From positions 91,388 through 155,387 of the forward strand of contig CALOBG010000021.1 in the NCBI GenBank assembly GCA_942490995.1: 64,000 nucleotides of DNA, in the 5' to 3' direction. This document shows, piece by piece, positions 10,083-19,953 of the stretch. Numbering within the stretch: position 1 is the first letter of the stretch; the number at the start of each line of letters is the position of its first letter. Source of the stretch: an uncultured Gammaproteobacteria bacterium (GTDB lineage: Bacteria > Pseudomonadota > Gammaproteobacteria > Ga0077536). The notes beneath the pieces were generated by a model. The model worked only from the letters and a program-made list of their open reading frames with translations, was not told the origin of the DNA and made no database searches. The translations under genes and the position numbers were made by a program.

Positions 10083-12011
10083 TCAGCCGGTTACCGCCTG
10101 CGCGTCAGCGCCGCTCGCCGCTTCGAGCGCCTCGCTGGCTTTCAGCCACTGCTGTTCGGCGCGGTCCAATTCCTGCTTGCATCGCCGTTGTTCGAGCAGC
10201 AGGCGGTTTAACTCATCCTTGCGCTCGGCGTCGTACAGGGCATTGTCGGCGAGAGTCGCAACCAGTGCGGTGAGACGGCTTTCGGCGCTGGCGATGGTCT
10301 GTTCGTGGCGTTTGATCTCGGCGCGCAGCCGGCTGCTGAGATTTCGTTGCTCGGCTTCGCGGCGTTTACGTTCGCGCTTGTTGCGCGCCGAGTTGTCACC
10401 CTCTGCGGCGCCGGCCGGCTTCGCGGCCTGACGCGTATCGGCGCGTGATTGCAGCAGCCAGCGCGCGTAATCGTCGAGGTCACCGTCAAAATCATCGACC
10501 GTCGCGTCGTGCACGAATTTGAGGGTATCGCTGACGGACTGCAGCAGGTAGCGGTCGTGAGAGACCACCACCAGCGCACCTTCGTAAGCCTGCAGCGCCA
10601 CACCCAGAGCGTGGCGCATTTCCAGGTCGAGGTGGTTGGTCGGCTCGTCGAGAAGCAGGAGATTGGGTTTCTGGCGGATGATCGCGGCCAGCACCAGGCG
10701 CGCTTTTTCACCGCCGGATAATGGCGCGATCGGGCCCAGGGCGGCATTGCCGGAGAAGGCGAAACCGCCGAGATGTTTGCGCAGCGTACTCTCCGCGGCG
10801 CGCGGCTCGAGCCGCTGCAGAAACGACAGCGGGGTCTCGTCACCACGCAGCTGTTCGACCTGGTGCTGGGCGAAATAAGCGGCGCGCAGATCGCGTGCGC
10901 GCTCGACTTCGCCATTCTGGGCGGCCAGTTCGCCGACCAGGGCCTTGATCAAGGTCGACTTACCCGCGCCGTTCGCGCCCAGCAGACCGATGCGGTCGCC
11001 CGGCATGATCGTCATCGTCACGCGGTTGAGCACGGTCGTGTCGCCATAACCGAAATCGGCGGCCTGCACCGAAACCAGCTGGTTGGGTATCTTGTCCGGC
11101 GCTTCGAAGGCGAAAGAAAACGGCGAATCGACGTGGGCCGGGGCGATCAGTTCGAGACGCGCGAGCGCTTTCAGGCGACTTTGCGCCTGGCGCGCCTTGG
11201 TCGCCTTGGCGCGAAACCGCTCGACGAACTTCTGCATGTGCTGGATGTCACGCTGCTGTTTGACGTAGGCCGCCTGCTGGCCGGCCAGGCGCGCGGCCCG
11301 CTGCTGCTCGAAGTCGGAATAGTTACCGGTGTAAAGCGCGACTTTCTGATTTTCGATATGCACGATGTGGGTACATACCGCGTCGAGAAAATCCCTGTCA
11401 TGAGAAATCAACAGCAACATGCCCTGGTATTCGCGCAACCAGCTCTCGAGCCAGATGATGGCGTCGAGATCGAGGTGGTTGGTGGGTTCGTCGAGCAGCA
11501 GCAGGTCCGAGCGGCACATCAGCGCGCGGGCAAGGTTCAGGCGCATGCGCCAGCCGCCGGAAAACTCGCTGAACAGGCGGATCTGTTCCTGTTCGCCGAA
11601 ACCGAGACCAGCCAGCAGCTTCGCGGCGCGGGTATCGGCGTGGTAGCCGCCGACGTGGTCGATAGCCTCGTGGGCCAGGGCCAGGCGATGGCCGTCATCG
11701 CCCGCTTCGGCCGCCGCCAGCTCCTCCCGCGCCGCGACCAGGGCGCGATCGCCGGCGATAACGTAATCGAGCGCTCTGACCGCGAGCGCTTCGACTTCCT
11801 GCGAAACGCTGGCGATTTCAAGCCCGCTCGGGACCGAGACCTCGCCGCTGTCGGCCTGCAGCTGCCCTTCGAGCATGGCGAACAGGCTGGTTTTGCCAAC
11901 GCCATTGGCGCCCGTGACGCCGGTGCGCTGGCCTTGATGGACGCTCAGGTCCGCGCCGTCGAACAACACCCTCGGACCGCGCCGCAGGGAAACCTGGCTG
12001 AGTTTGATCAT
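10083..12011 (-). CDS. ABC-F family ATPase (two ABC cassettes plus a C-terminal coiled coil; Uup/YheS/EttA-like).
   Basis: Two Walker A motifs (GANGVGKTS; GANGAGKST) and two ABC signatures (LSGGWRMRLNLA; LSGGEKARLVLA) with D-loops. The C-terminus is K/E/R-rich and helical. The start was set at MIKLSQVSL (12011) in place of the upstream ORF-track Met. Confidence 0.85.
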   Translation of the reverse strand: MIKLSQVSLRRGPRVLFDGADLSVHQGQRTGVTGANGVGKTSLFAMLEGQLQADSGEVSVPSGLEIASVSQEVEALAVRALDYVIAGDRALVAAREELAAAEAGDDGHRLALAHEAIDHVGGYHADTRAAKLLAGLGFGEQEQIRLFSEFSGGWRMRLNLARALMCRSDLLLLDEPTNHLDLDAIIWLESWLREYQGMLLLISHDRDFLDAVCTHIVHIENQKVALYTGNYSDFEQQRAARLAGQQAAYVKQQRDIQHMQKFVERFRAKATKARQAQSRLKALARLELIAPAHVDSPFSFAFEAPDKIPNQLVSVQAADFGYGDTTVLNRVTMTIMPGDRIGLLGANGAGKSTLIKALVGELAAQNGEVERARDLRAAYFAQHQVEQLRGDETPLSFLQRLEPRAAESTLRKHLGGFAFSGNAALGPIAPLSGGEKARLVLAAIIRQKPNLLLLDEPTNHLDLEMRHALGVALQAYEGALVVVSHDRYLLQSVSDTLKFVHDATVDDFDGDLDDYARWLLQSRADTRQAAKPAGAAEGDNSARNKRERKRREAEQRNLSSRLRAEIKRHEQTIASAESRLTALVATLADNALYDAERKDELNRLLLEQRRCKQELDRAEQQWLKASEALEAASGADAQAVTG

Positions 12012-12055
12012 GGGCGCGCAGTGTAGCCGGAACACGGCCGCGCCGCAGCCCACAG

Positions 12056-12343
12056 GCTGGTGAAAAACTACTGCGGATGCCGTGGGCGGCGTTGTGCACT
12101 CGGCAGCCAGCCTCATTTACACCAGTAAACTCCGGTCCTCGTCTCGCGCACGCCTTGCCCACGGCATTCCCGGCTCACGTTTTTGACCAGCCTGTCCGTG
12201 CTGGTGAAAAACTACTGCGGATGCCGTGGACGGCGTTGTGCACTCGGCAGCCAGCCTCATTTACACCAGTAAACTCCGGTCCTCGTCTCGCGCACGCCCT
12301 GCCCACGGCGTTCCCGGCTCACGTTTTTGACCAGCCTGTTGCG
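12056..12343. repeat. Two tandem copies of a ~144-bp intergenic repeat unit (copy starts at 12056 and 12200).
   Basis: Near-identical direct repeats beginning gctggtgaaaaactactgcggatgccgtgg… and ending …cccggctcacgtttttgaccagcctgt. Each unit has an internal 12-bp inverted repeat (gatgccgtgggc / gcccacggcatt). Confidence 0.85.
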
Positions 12344-12345
12344 AT

Positions 12346-12768
12346 TCAGCGCTGCTGCTGGGCGGCCGGCAGGCTGTCGATGTGGTCGACCCAATCGAGG
12401 GCTGAGCGTCGCCATACCTGGCGGCTCGGCCTGAGTTCGCGCAACTGGTTGAGAACGCCGGCGCGCAGACCGTACACCTTTGGCCCATCGCCAACGCTGG
12501 TTGCGTAAATGTGGGAACCGCAGTCAGCGCAGAAACCCTGCGCGCGCGGGTTGCCACTGGCAGCCGTCTTGACGTAAATCCTCGGCTCACCACTGACCAG
12601 TCGCAGCGCGTCCGGGTGCGTGAAAGCCACGACGCGATAAGCTGTGCCGGACAGTTTCTGGCAGTCGGTGCAATGGCAGATCACGACATTTTCGCTGTCG
12701 ATTTCGGCTTCGAAACGGATCGCTCCGCAGTGACATTCGCCATCAACTTTCATGATTTCCGCCTCCAC
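12346..12768 (-). CDS. GFA-family (glutathione-dependent formaldehyde-activating / CENP-V-like) zinc protein.
   Basis: Cys ladder CHCGAIRF…CHCTDCQK…CADCGSHI, characteristic of the GFA fold. 140 aa (alternative start M6). Confidence 0.75.
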   Translation of the reverse strand: MEAEIMKVDGECHCGAIRFEAEIDSENVVICHCTDCQKLSGTAYRVVAFTHPDALRLVSGEPRIYVKTAASGNPRAQGFCADCGSHIYATSVGDGPKVYGLRAGVLNQLRELRPSRQVWRRSALDWVDHIDSLPAAQQQR

Positions 12769-12854
12769 GTGGTCTGTTCGAAGCAGACATCATATCCACA
12801 ATGTCGGGATCGCTGGCGTGAACAGAGCCAGGCTCGCAGGTAGAATCAGTCGTT

Positions 12855-13484
12855 ATGGAGAGTCAGGGCCACCACCGCAGCGTCGATCGCTATCCGAACT
12901 ACGCGGCGCTGGCCGCGAATGAAATCGAGGGTACCGACTATCGGGTTACGGTCAGCACGCGGACCCACTCGCCGGTCGCGATCCTGGCCCCGCACGGCGG
13001 CAGCATCGAGCGCCGGACCTCAGCGATCGCGACCGCGCTGGCCGCGGACGACTTCAACCTCTACCTGTTCGAAGGTCTCGACGACGCCGGTACTTTCGAC
13101 ACGCTGCATATCACCAGCCATCGCTTCGACGAGCCGCGGGCGCTCGAGCTTGTTGCCGCCGCCGACCACGTCATCGCCGTGCACGGCTGCAGTGGTGCGG
13201 CCGCACAGGTCATGCTCGGCGGCCGCGACGAAGCCCTGATCGAACGCCTGGCCGGCGCCCTCGATCCCCTGGCGGTCGACGTCCGCACCGATGATCACCC
13301 CTACCCGGGCACCCACGCGCGCAATATCTGCAACCGCGGGCGACTTGCGCGTGGCGTGCAGCTCGAACTCAGCGACGGCCTGCGCGGCGATCGTCTGGAG
13401 GCCGAGGTGATCGCCGCGATCCGCGAAGTGCTGTGCGTGACACAGCGCGAACCGCGCAGATCCGCTGCGGCGCTGTGTATGTGA
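12855..13484 (+). CDS. Poly-gamma-glutamate hydrolase (PghP/YjqB) family protein.
   Basis: The motif DRYPNYAALAANEIEGTDYRV…VAILAPHGGSIERRTSAIA…YLFEG matches the family N-terminal signature. ~209 aa. Confidence 0.7.
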   Translation: MESQGHHRSVDRYPNYAALAANEIEGTDYRVTVSTRTHSPVAILAPHGGSIERRTSAIATALAADDFNLYLFEGLDDAGTFDTLHITSHRFDEPRALELVAAADHVIAVHGCSGAAAQVMLGGRDEALIERLAGALDPLAVDVRTDDHPYPGTHARNICNRGRLARGVQLELSDGLRGDRLEAEVIAAIREVLCVTQREPRRSAAALCM

Positions 13485-13550
13485 ACACCAACCCGGCCGC
13501 TACCAGCGGCGGCGAAACGGGTGCAGGCTATACTTTTCTAATACTGACCA

Positions 13551-14147
13551 GTGGGGACCCTCGCAATGCGCACGATCACCATATCCAGCGATGAAATGCA
13601 CCGGCGTGTCGCGCGTTTCCGGGATCTCGAGCCGCTACAGGCCGCCGCCACGCTCGACATCCCGCAAGCCGCCAAGGACGTGATCTACTCGCGTCAACTG
13701 CTATCGGTGATCGGCCTTGCCGGGGGAGCCGCGACGCCGATCAACCAGGGCGCCCCGATCCGCGGCGCCGGCGGCATCACCATGACGCACGCGGTATGTC
13801 CGCCCGGCACCGGTCCCTCCCTGCACGCTCACGTGCAGACCTACGAAACGTTTACCGTGCTGCGCGGGCGCTTTGAAGTGCGCTGGAACGACAATGGTGA
13901 CTGCGCCGTCGAGCTCGAGGAATTCGACACGATTTCGATTCCACCCGGCGTGTGCCGAGGATTCCGCAATATCGGCGAAAACGACGGCATCCTGCAGGTC
14001 ATCATCAGCGGCGGGATACACGATATGAGCGATATCGATTTTCCGGCCTCGACCGCACGGGAACTGGCGGACTACGGCGACACGGTTGTTGATCAGTTCA
14101 AGGCCCGCGGCCTGACGTTTACCGCCGGCCTCGACGCCGAAAGCTGA
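13551..14147 (+). CDS. Cupin-domain protein (alternative start at 13566).
   Basis: Cupin motif pair HAHVQTYETFTVLRGRFEV … PPGVCRGFRNIG. ~195 aa. Confidence 0.55.
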   Translation: MGTLAMRTITISSDEMHRRVARFRDLEPLQAAATLDIPQAAKDVIYSRQLLSVIGLAGGAATPINQGAPIRGAGGITMTHAVCPPGTGPSLHAHVQTYETFTVLRGRFEVRWNDNGDCAVELEEFDTISIPPGVCRGFRNIGENDGILQVIISGGIHDMSDIDFPASTARELADYGDTVVDQFKARGLTFTAGLDAES

Positions 14148-14402
14148 GCAGACGTACAGCTGCTGAACATTTCGGCGCGCGGCGCAATGCGAGCTGAAAT
14201 CGATTTCCCCTGATCCGGTTCGCGGCGCGGTTCGTCGCAGGACTTCAGATAGCACTCGCTGGAAGCGGCATCCTGATAGACCGGCATTTCCTCGAAGGCC
14301 CCGCCGAATTGACGCGATATGCGCTACATGATGAAGGCATCCGCTGACCCGAGCGTCACGATGCGACAGTCGATGAGCGATCCCCTGGACCTGGCTCGTC
14401 CG

Positions 14403-15188
14403 TTACTTGCGAGGACCGACGAAGGCAAACATCGCGCCCTGCGGGTCGACCGCGTTGACGCTGAACTCGCCGCCCGGAATCTCAACAGGATCGACGATGA
14501 TCTGGCCCCCACCGGCCTGCGTACGTCGGACCGCGTCGTCAACGTCTGCGACGCGGAAGTAATAACTCCAGAGAGATACGGGCATCTCCTTCGTCTTGGT
14601 CATGACGCCGGCGAACATACCTTCAACATTTGCTCGACGCAGGAATGCGTAGGGACCCATCGGGCCCATATCCATCTCGCCATCCTTTTTCCAGCCGAAC
14701 AGATCCCCATAGAACCTCATTGCACCCGGTCGATCGGAAGTCGCCAGTTCATTCCAGGCGCAATGGCCCAGTCGTGGCCGGTCGTAGGCGAAGGCATGGC
14801 TTTCTTCGTCGCTGGCGCCGCGCATCAAGTAGAACGGCGCCCCTTGTGGGTCCGCCACCACGGCGAGGCGGCCGACGTTGGGAATGTCCCACGCCGGCCT
14901 GTGAATAGCTCCGCCGGCCTTGACGATCGCCGCCACGGTCTCGTCAACATCATCGACGCCGATGTAGCCGAGCCATACGGGGCGGGCGCCGCCAGACTTC
15001 ATGCCGTCGGTGAGCTGCATGAGCCCGCCGATCTCGCCCTCCGTGGCACCAATGATGCGGTAGTCCATATCCTGCTGGCCAGAATCGTTCAACGTCCAGC
15101 CGAAGATCCCTGCGTAAAATTCTTTAGCGGCATCTGCATCGTGCGTCAGTAGCTCGTACCAGATAAAGTCGCCATGTCTGTTAGTCAT
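14403..15188 (-). CDS. VOC (glyoxalase / bleomycin-resistance / dioxygenase) family protein with two VOC modules.
   Basis: Repeated beta-alpha-beta-beta-beta modules with FYxxxFGW-type motifs (FYAGIFGWTL; FYGDLFGWKK). 261 aa. Confidence 0.7.
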   Translation of the reverse strand: MTNRHGDFIWYELLTHDADAAKEFYAGIFGWTLNDSGQQDMDYRIIGATEGEIGGLMQLTDGMKSGGARPVWLGYIGVDDVDETVAAIVKAGGAIHRPAWDIPNVGRLAVVADPQGAPFYLMRGASDEESHAFAYDRPRLGHCAWNELATSDRPGAMRFYGDLFGWKKDGEMDMGPMGPYAFLRRANVEGMFAGVMTKTKEMPVSLWSYYFRVADVDDAVRRTQAGGGQIIVDPVEIPGGEFSVNAVDPQGAMFAFVGPRK

Positions 15189-15380
15189 TGTCGTTCACTC
15201 GCTGAGTGTTGAGCTCAATCCGGGCGCCCGGAGTTATGGCAAGGGTCCCGAGAACTCTTGATGATGATGTGGTCGATTCCGATCGCGTGTTGCGGTCCGC
15301 TGCTGCTAAACGCACCGTTGACCAGCCAGCGCCGTGGCGTTACCGCGTTCTGTCTATGCTCGGGCACGCCGTCTTCTTGC

Positions 15381-15764
15381 CTACTTCGCCAAGGTCACGA
15401 CTGGTGTGAAGCCGCCGAAGATCAGCCGTTTGCCGTCGAATGGCATTGGGTTTTTCTGCGGATCCATGCGGGGGTCCACTTTCGACGGGTCGTTCATCAT
15501 CTCCATCATTCGCGCCATTCCAGCGTCGCGCGTCGCCTTGTCGGGCCACTCGATCCAGGAGAATACGACCGTTTCGTCGTCTTTAGCCTGAACCGCTTTC
15601 CTGAAATCCGTCAGCGTACCGTCCTGCACGTCGTCGCCCCAGCACTCGAGGATGCGAAGGGCCCCAAGATCCATGAAGACGCCGTCGCCGCTCTTCGCAT
15701 GGTCGATGAACTTTTGCTTGTTCACCGTTGGTACGGCGATAACGAATCCGTCGATGTAGCTCAA
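15381..15764 (-). CDS. DUF1428 (YbaA-like) protein.
   Basis: Close match over the full length to the E. coli YbaA pattern: MSYIDGFVIAVP…ALRILECWGDDV…VVFSWIEWPDKATRDA…MPFDGKRLIFGGF. Confidence 0.8.
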   Translation of the reverse strand: MSYIDGFVIAVPTVNKQKFIDHAKSGDGVFMDLGALRILECWGDDVQDGTLTDFRKAVQAKDDETVVFSWIEWPDKATRDAGMARMMEMMNDPSKVDPRMDPQKNPMPFDGKRLIFGGFTPVVTLAK

Positions 15765-15819
15765 GATCGTTCTCCTTCAGTTGGTATTGTCCGTTTGAGT
15801 CCGCTCATTTGATTGTCCC

Positions 15820-16224
15820 TCACGCTTCGACGTGGCGCTTGAAGTTGTCGAGGATGGCTTGCCAGCCGTCGCGTTGCATATCGACCGAGTTCTCCGTCTC
15901 TGCGTCGAACACGGTTATCACTCGGGTGGACGTCCCTGCGGGTTCGAAGGTCGTGCGCGCTTTGCGGCCGTCACTCATGGCGAGCGTGATTGCGCGGTGC
16001 CGGATGACCTCCTCATAGGTACCCTCGAAGTCAAAGCCGAAACTACCGTCTTTCGCTTCCATGCGAGCCTTGTGGGCGCCGCCAACGCGTAGGTCGACTT
16101 CTGCACTCGGACAGCACCAGTCATTAGATGCGAAGTTCCATTGCACGATATCGATTGGCGTCGTAAATGCCGCCCAGACCCGTGCGACGGGTGCGGTTAC
16201 TGTGGTCTCTATGCTGATTTTCAT
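15820..16224 (-). CDS. SRPBCC / AHSA1-like (activator of Hsp90 ATPase homolog 1-like) protein.
   Basis: 134 aa with the typical AHSA1-family opening (…TVTAPVARVWAAFTTP…) and a beta-rich SRPBCC pattern. Confidence 0.65.
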   Translation of the reverse strand: MKISIETTVTAPVARVWAAFTTPIDIVQWNFASNDWCCPSAEVDLRVGGAHKARMEAKDGSFGFDFEGTYEEVIRHRAITLAMSDGRKARTTFEPAGTSTRVITVFDAETENSVDMQRDGWQAILDNFKRHVEA

Positions 16225-16268
16225 CGTCGTTGTTCTGCCAGCATGTTCGTTGAGGTACAGCCTGACTC

Positions 16269-16811
16269 TCAGTTCGCGTTGACAGCGGTTTCGAGCGTGG
16301 CGATGTCGATCTTTTGCATGGTCATCATCGCGTCGAAAGCGCGCTTTGCCTTATTCCGGTCGGAGCTCGTCGTTAGGTCGAGTAGAAGCCTTGGCGTTAT
16401 CTGCCAGGAGAAGCCCCAGCGGTCCTTGCACCAGCCGCAGGCGCTCTCGGTCCCGCCATTGCCAACGATTGCTTCCCAATAGCTGTCGGTCTGCGCCTGG
16501 TCGTCGGTAACGACCATGAAACTGACCGCTTCGTTCGGCGTGAAGTTCGGCCCGCCATTCAGGCCGACGAACTTGCGCCCGAGCACGGTGAACTCGACGG
16601 TCAGTTCGTGACCTTCTTCGCCACCGGGAAAATCGCCGGGGGCGGTGTTGACCCGCTCGACACGGCTATCGGGAAACGTCGCGGCGTAGAATGCGGCCGC
16701 CTTGCTTGCTTCGCCGTGGTCGTACCACAGGCAGGTCACGAGATCAGTCATGGTCGAGTCACTCCCTTGGGCTGTTACCTGATCGTCGATCGAAATCGCT
16801 TGACCTGGCAT
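16269..16811 (-). CDS. PhnB-like VOC-superfamily protein (3-demethylubiquinone-9 3-methyltransferase-domain type); likely start M21 at 16751.
   Basis: [18 protein letters not shown]…[18 protein letters not shown]…[14 protein letters not shown] matches the PhnB/YecM-type glyoxalase-fold family. Confidence 0.65.
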   Translation of the reverse strand: MPGQAISIDDQVTAQGSDSTMTDLVTCLWYDHGEASKAAAFYAATFPDSRVERVNTAPGDFPGGEEGHELTVEFTVLGRKFVGLNGGPNFTPNEAVSFMVVTDDQAQTDSYWEAIVGNGGTESACGWCKDRWGFSWQITPRLLLDLTTSSDRNKAKRAFDAMMTMQKIDIATLETAVNAN

Positions 16812-16857
16812 TGAGATTTGCCAACTGCGCTCACGTCACGCCTCTGTTCAGTTCGCA

Positions 16858-17322
16858 TCAATTCCTAACTTCAGCAGCGACGTTCCAGGCAACGTTTGCG
16901 CCTGGCGCCAAGTCGACTGCCGCGCGGAACGTACCGTCCATATAGAACGGAGTGGATGAATGGTCGTGGACGATTTGCCATTCACTACCCCGCCGTCGGA
17001 AACACATTGTCGTGCGGAACCACAGATCCACTTCCTCCCCGTCCGTCTTGACCCCGCGCATGCGACTGAGCGCTGCGGCCCAGGCGATGTCGCCGTCGAC
17101 GACAACATCGACGTCTGCGGCGTCGATCGTGACGGGCCCGTCCCAGGTGGCGAGCCAGGCGCGCGTGTCATCTCGAGAGAGACCGCGTGACGATAGTGGC
17201 GGTGCAAGGCTGTAGATCAGTGCGTCATCCGTGTAGCAGCCGACGATGGCGTCCGCGTCTTTGTCGCGGTGGGCCTGTCTCAGTCGCTGGCACAAGGCAA
17301 TGATGTTGTTGCGTTCGGTCAT
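16858..17322 (-). CDS. SnoaL-like / NTF2-like (DUF4440-type) protein.
   Basis: ~150 aa alpha+beta cone pattern (…DADAIVGCYTDDALIYSL…WQIVHDH). It overlaps the TetR gene by 4 nt and is co-oriented. Confidence 0.6.
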   Translation of the reverse strand: MTERNNIIALCQRLRQAHRDKDADAIVGCYTDDALIYSLAPPLSSRGLSRDDTRAWLATWDGPVTIDAADVDVVVDGDIAWAAALSRMRGVKTDGEEVDLWFRTTMCFRRRGSEWQIVHDHSSTPFYMDGTFRAAVDLAPGANVAWNVAAEVRN

Positions 17323-17960
17323 GAGGATTCTCCGTGAAACGGCTTGGTCTGAAACAGCAGTTCGACATAGCGCCGCAGGTGATCGACGCTCTCGCGGGCG
17401 AGGTCGGGATCGCCGCTGGCCTTGGCGAGAATAAACGCGCCCTGCAGGACCGCCTGGGCGTGGCGGGCAAGGCTCGCCGGCGTCCAGTTCGCCTGGATAC
17501 CGCGATTCGTCATCGCCGCCCCGATATCCGCTTCGAGGGTAGCGGCGTGGCCGAGGATACTGGCGGCGCAGGCATCGCGGATCTCGGGTGATGTGTCGTA
17601 CACCTCCTGAGTCATGGTGCCCACGAGGCAGGTGAACTCGGCAAGGTCGCCGTCAATGATCGTTTTGCGAAAGTCGATGTAGCCGAGCACGCGTTCCAGA
17701 GGGTCTTGATGAGCGTGGTAGGGCGCGGTGCGGAAGAACTCGCCGGTCGTCTCAGCCCAGTACTCGGCCGCGGCGACGCCAAGGGCCTCCTTGCTCTTGA
17801 AGTTGTGAAAAAACGCGCCTGATGTCACGCCCGCCGCCTGGCAGAGGTCGCTCACCGTGGTGTTTGTAAAGCCCTTCTGGCGGATTAGGTCCCTGGCGGC
17901 TTCAAGCAGCCGGGTACGGGCATCGCCGCGCTCGGGTTCCTGTTTGGTAGGTCTGGGCAT
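17319..17960 (-). CDS. TetR/AcrR-family transcriptional regulator (start set at M13; ORF-track start 17996).
   Basis: N-terminal HTH RTRLLEAARDLIRQKGFTNTTVSDLCQAAGVTSGAFFHNFKSKEAL. Confidence 0.8.
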   Translation of the reverse strand: MPRPTKQEPERGDARTRLLEAARDLIRQKGFTNTTVSDLCQAAGVTSGAFFHNFKSKEALGVAAAEYWAETTGEFFRTAPYHAHQDPLERVLGYIDFRKTIIDGDLAEFTCLVGTMTQEVYDTSPEIRDACAASILGHAATLEADIGAAMTNRGIQANWTPASLARHAQAVLQGAFILAKASGDPDLARESVDHLRRYVELLFQTKPFHGESS

Positions 17961-18369
17961 GGCTGAAAGATACAGATTAATTGGTATGTATGTCAACCAT
18001 TGGTTTGACCGAGCTGCCGCCTGGGGCCCGATAGTCAGATTCTCTGCTGCGGCGAGCGATATAGCGCGTCAGCGACGAGGATAGCTGCCCCGGGCAAGCC
18101 GAAGATAAAGATCCGGCTGTCGACGCGGCGCAACCTGGGGGTATTTCGATTGCGGCATGAAAGCGCCCGCAAAAATACCCCCAGACGGGGTTGGTGGGGA
18201 ATGTCAGGAACAGATATTGGCGGTTGAGGGAATGCCTCGATTCGGACTAAAAGACGCACCCGATCCCGTATGACTCAGCCCGAATCACTGCCGGATCGAA
18301 AATCGAACTCAGCCTATTCTCTATGAATCAGCATGTTACGTTCAAAATTTTGTGAAGACGGGGTTTTCT

Positions 18370-19884
18370 TCAGGCCGCCGATTTCCTTTCTGCGGTAGCT
18401 GCGGCGACTGCGGTCTCGGCAGGTGCCGGGTTCGTGAATTCCAGCGCGCCGTCCGCAATCGGCTGGTGACGGATGGTCTGTTTGTCGAGCGCGTAATTCT
18501 GCGTATTACGCCACGGATCGCGATCGCCCTGCTTGGGAAACAGGTGCATGCCGCGGCGCATGTAGCCGGGTGAAAAATTTTCGATCATCAGGTGCGTGCC
18601 CATGCCTCGGTCTTCCGCGCGCAGGCGCGGCGTGCACTGGCTGACCCCGTGTTCGTCCATGTGATTGATCAACCGGCACACGTATTCGGCGACAAGTTCA
18701 GAGCGCAGCGTCCAGGAAGCATTGATGTAGCCGATGGTGTAAACAAGATTGGGCACATCGGAAAACATCATGCCTTTGTAGGAATACGTCTCCGGGAACT
18801 GAACCACCTCGCCGTCAACGCTGAATTCGGCGCCGCCGAGTACCTTCAGCTCGAGCCCGGTAGCGGAAACGATAATGTCCGCCTCCAGGGTCGCGCCCGA
18901 CTTGAGCGCGATACCCTCGGCCGTGAACCGTTCGATTTCGTCGGTGACGACGTCGGCCTTGCCGGCCTTGATCGCTTCGAACAGGTCGGCATCCGGTACC
19001 AGGCACAGGCGCTGGTCCCAGGGGTTGTAGCGCGGCGTGAAGTGCTTTTCGACGTCGTAGTCGGGCCCGAGATGTTTGCGCAACAGGCCGAGTAACTGGC
19101 GTTTGACCTTGTCCGGATTAACTCGCGTCTGTTTGTACACGTAGCGCTGGAATTCGACGTTTTTCCAGCGGATCAATCGATAAGCAAGTTTCTCGGGCAA
19201 CAGCTTGCGCAGGATGCCGGCGACCTTGTCTTCGGCCGGCATCGACACCACCCAGGTCGGTGACCGCTGCAGCATGGTGACTTTGGCCGCGCTCGCTGCC
19301 ATTGCCGGCACCAGCGTCATGGCGGTCGCGCCGCTACCGATGATAACCACCCGCTTGCCGCTGTAATCGAGATCTTCGGGCCATTGCTGAGGATGGACCA
19401 CGCGGCCGGCGAACGCGTCGCGATCGGCAAACTCCGGCTCATACCCGTGGCTGTAATTGTAGTACCCGCTGCACACGAACAGCATGGTGCAGCTGACCTG
19501 GCCGCGCTCACCGCCAGTCGCGGCGGCGGTAGTTATGGTCCAGCGGCTGTCGGCGCTCGACCATGCCGCGGATTCCATGCGCTGCCCGAAGCGGATGTGC
19601 TCGAGCAGGCCGCGCTCAGCGGCCGCCTCCCTGACATAGGCGAGGATCGACGGACCATCGGCAATCGCCTTCGGATCGAGCCACGGCTTGGAGTCGTAGC
19701 CCATGGTGTACATATCACTGTCGGAACGGATGCCGGGATAGCGAAACAGATCCCAGGTTCCGCCGATGCTGTCGCGCGCTTCGAGGATGGCAAATGATTT
19801 GCCCGGGCACTTGTCCTGCAGTTGGCGAGCCGCTCCGATACCGGACAAACCGGCCCCAACAATGATGACGTCAAAATGGTCCAT
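18370..19884 (-). CDS. Baeyer-Villiger-type flavin monooxygenase (EthA-like).
   Basis: DVIIVGAGLSGIGAA, GGTWDLFRYPGIRSD, BVMO fingerprint FAGRVVHPQQWPED, and a second Rossmann fold GKRVVIIGSGATA. The start is at M14 (19884). Confidence 0.8.
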   Translation of the reverse strand: MDHFDVIIVGAGLSGIGAARQLQDKCPGKSFAILEARDSIGGTWDLFRYPGIRSDSDMYTMGYDSKPWLDPKAIADGPSILAYVREAAAERGLLEHIRFGQRMESAAWSSADSRWTITTAAATGGERGQVSCTMLFVCSGYYNYSHGYEPEFADRDAFAGRVVHPQQWPEDLDYSGKRVVIIGSGATAMTLVPAMAASAAKVTMLQRSPTWVVSMPAEDKVAGILRKLLPEKLAYRLIRWKNVEFQRYVYKQTRVNPDKVKRQLLGLLRKHLGPDYDVEKHFTPRYNPWDQRLCLVPDADLFEAIKAGKADVVTDEIERFTAEGIALKSGATLEADIIVSATGLELKVLGGAEFSVDGEVVQFPETYSYKGMMFSDVPNLVYTIGYINASWTLRSELVAEYVCRLINHMDEHGVSQCTPRLRAEDRGMGTHLMIENFSPGYMRRGMHLFPKQGDRDPWRNTQNYALDKQTIRHQPIADGALEFTNPAPAETAVAAATAERKSAA

Positions 19885-19953
19885 TAAGCTGCTCCGAATC
19901 GAATTCCACGCCGGTCGCAACATGATAACCCGACCCGGCCGGTACGGGCCCTG

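Noticed and set aside
10773-12026. 417-aa plus-strand ORF antisense to the ABC-F gene.
   Set aside because: GC-driven open frame opposite a gene with two complete ABC cassettes.
12056-12343. Possibility that the tandem repeats are a CRISPR array.
   Set aside because: The units are 144 bp with no 25-40-bp repeat/spacer periodicity, only two copies, no cas genes, and a second inverted locus instead of an array.
12077-12508. ORF-track peptides (e.g. MPWAALCTRQPASFTPVNSGPRLAHALPTAFPAHVFDQPV…) lying inside the repeat units, with matching ones at 21209-21437.
   Set aside because: They merely translate the tandem/inverted repeat DNA. The same 'peptide' recurs because the DNA repeats. No start or RBS context.
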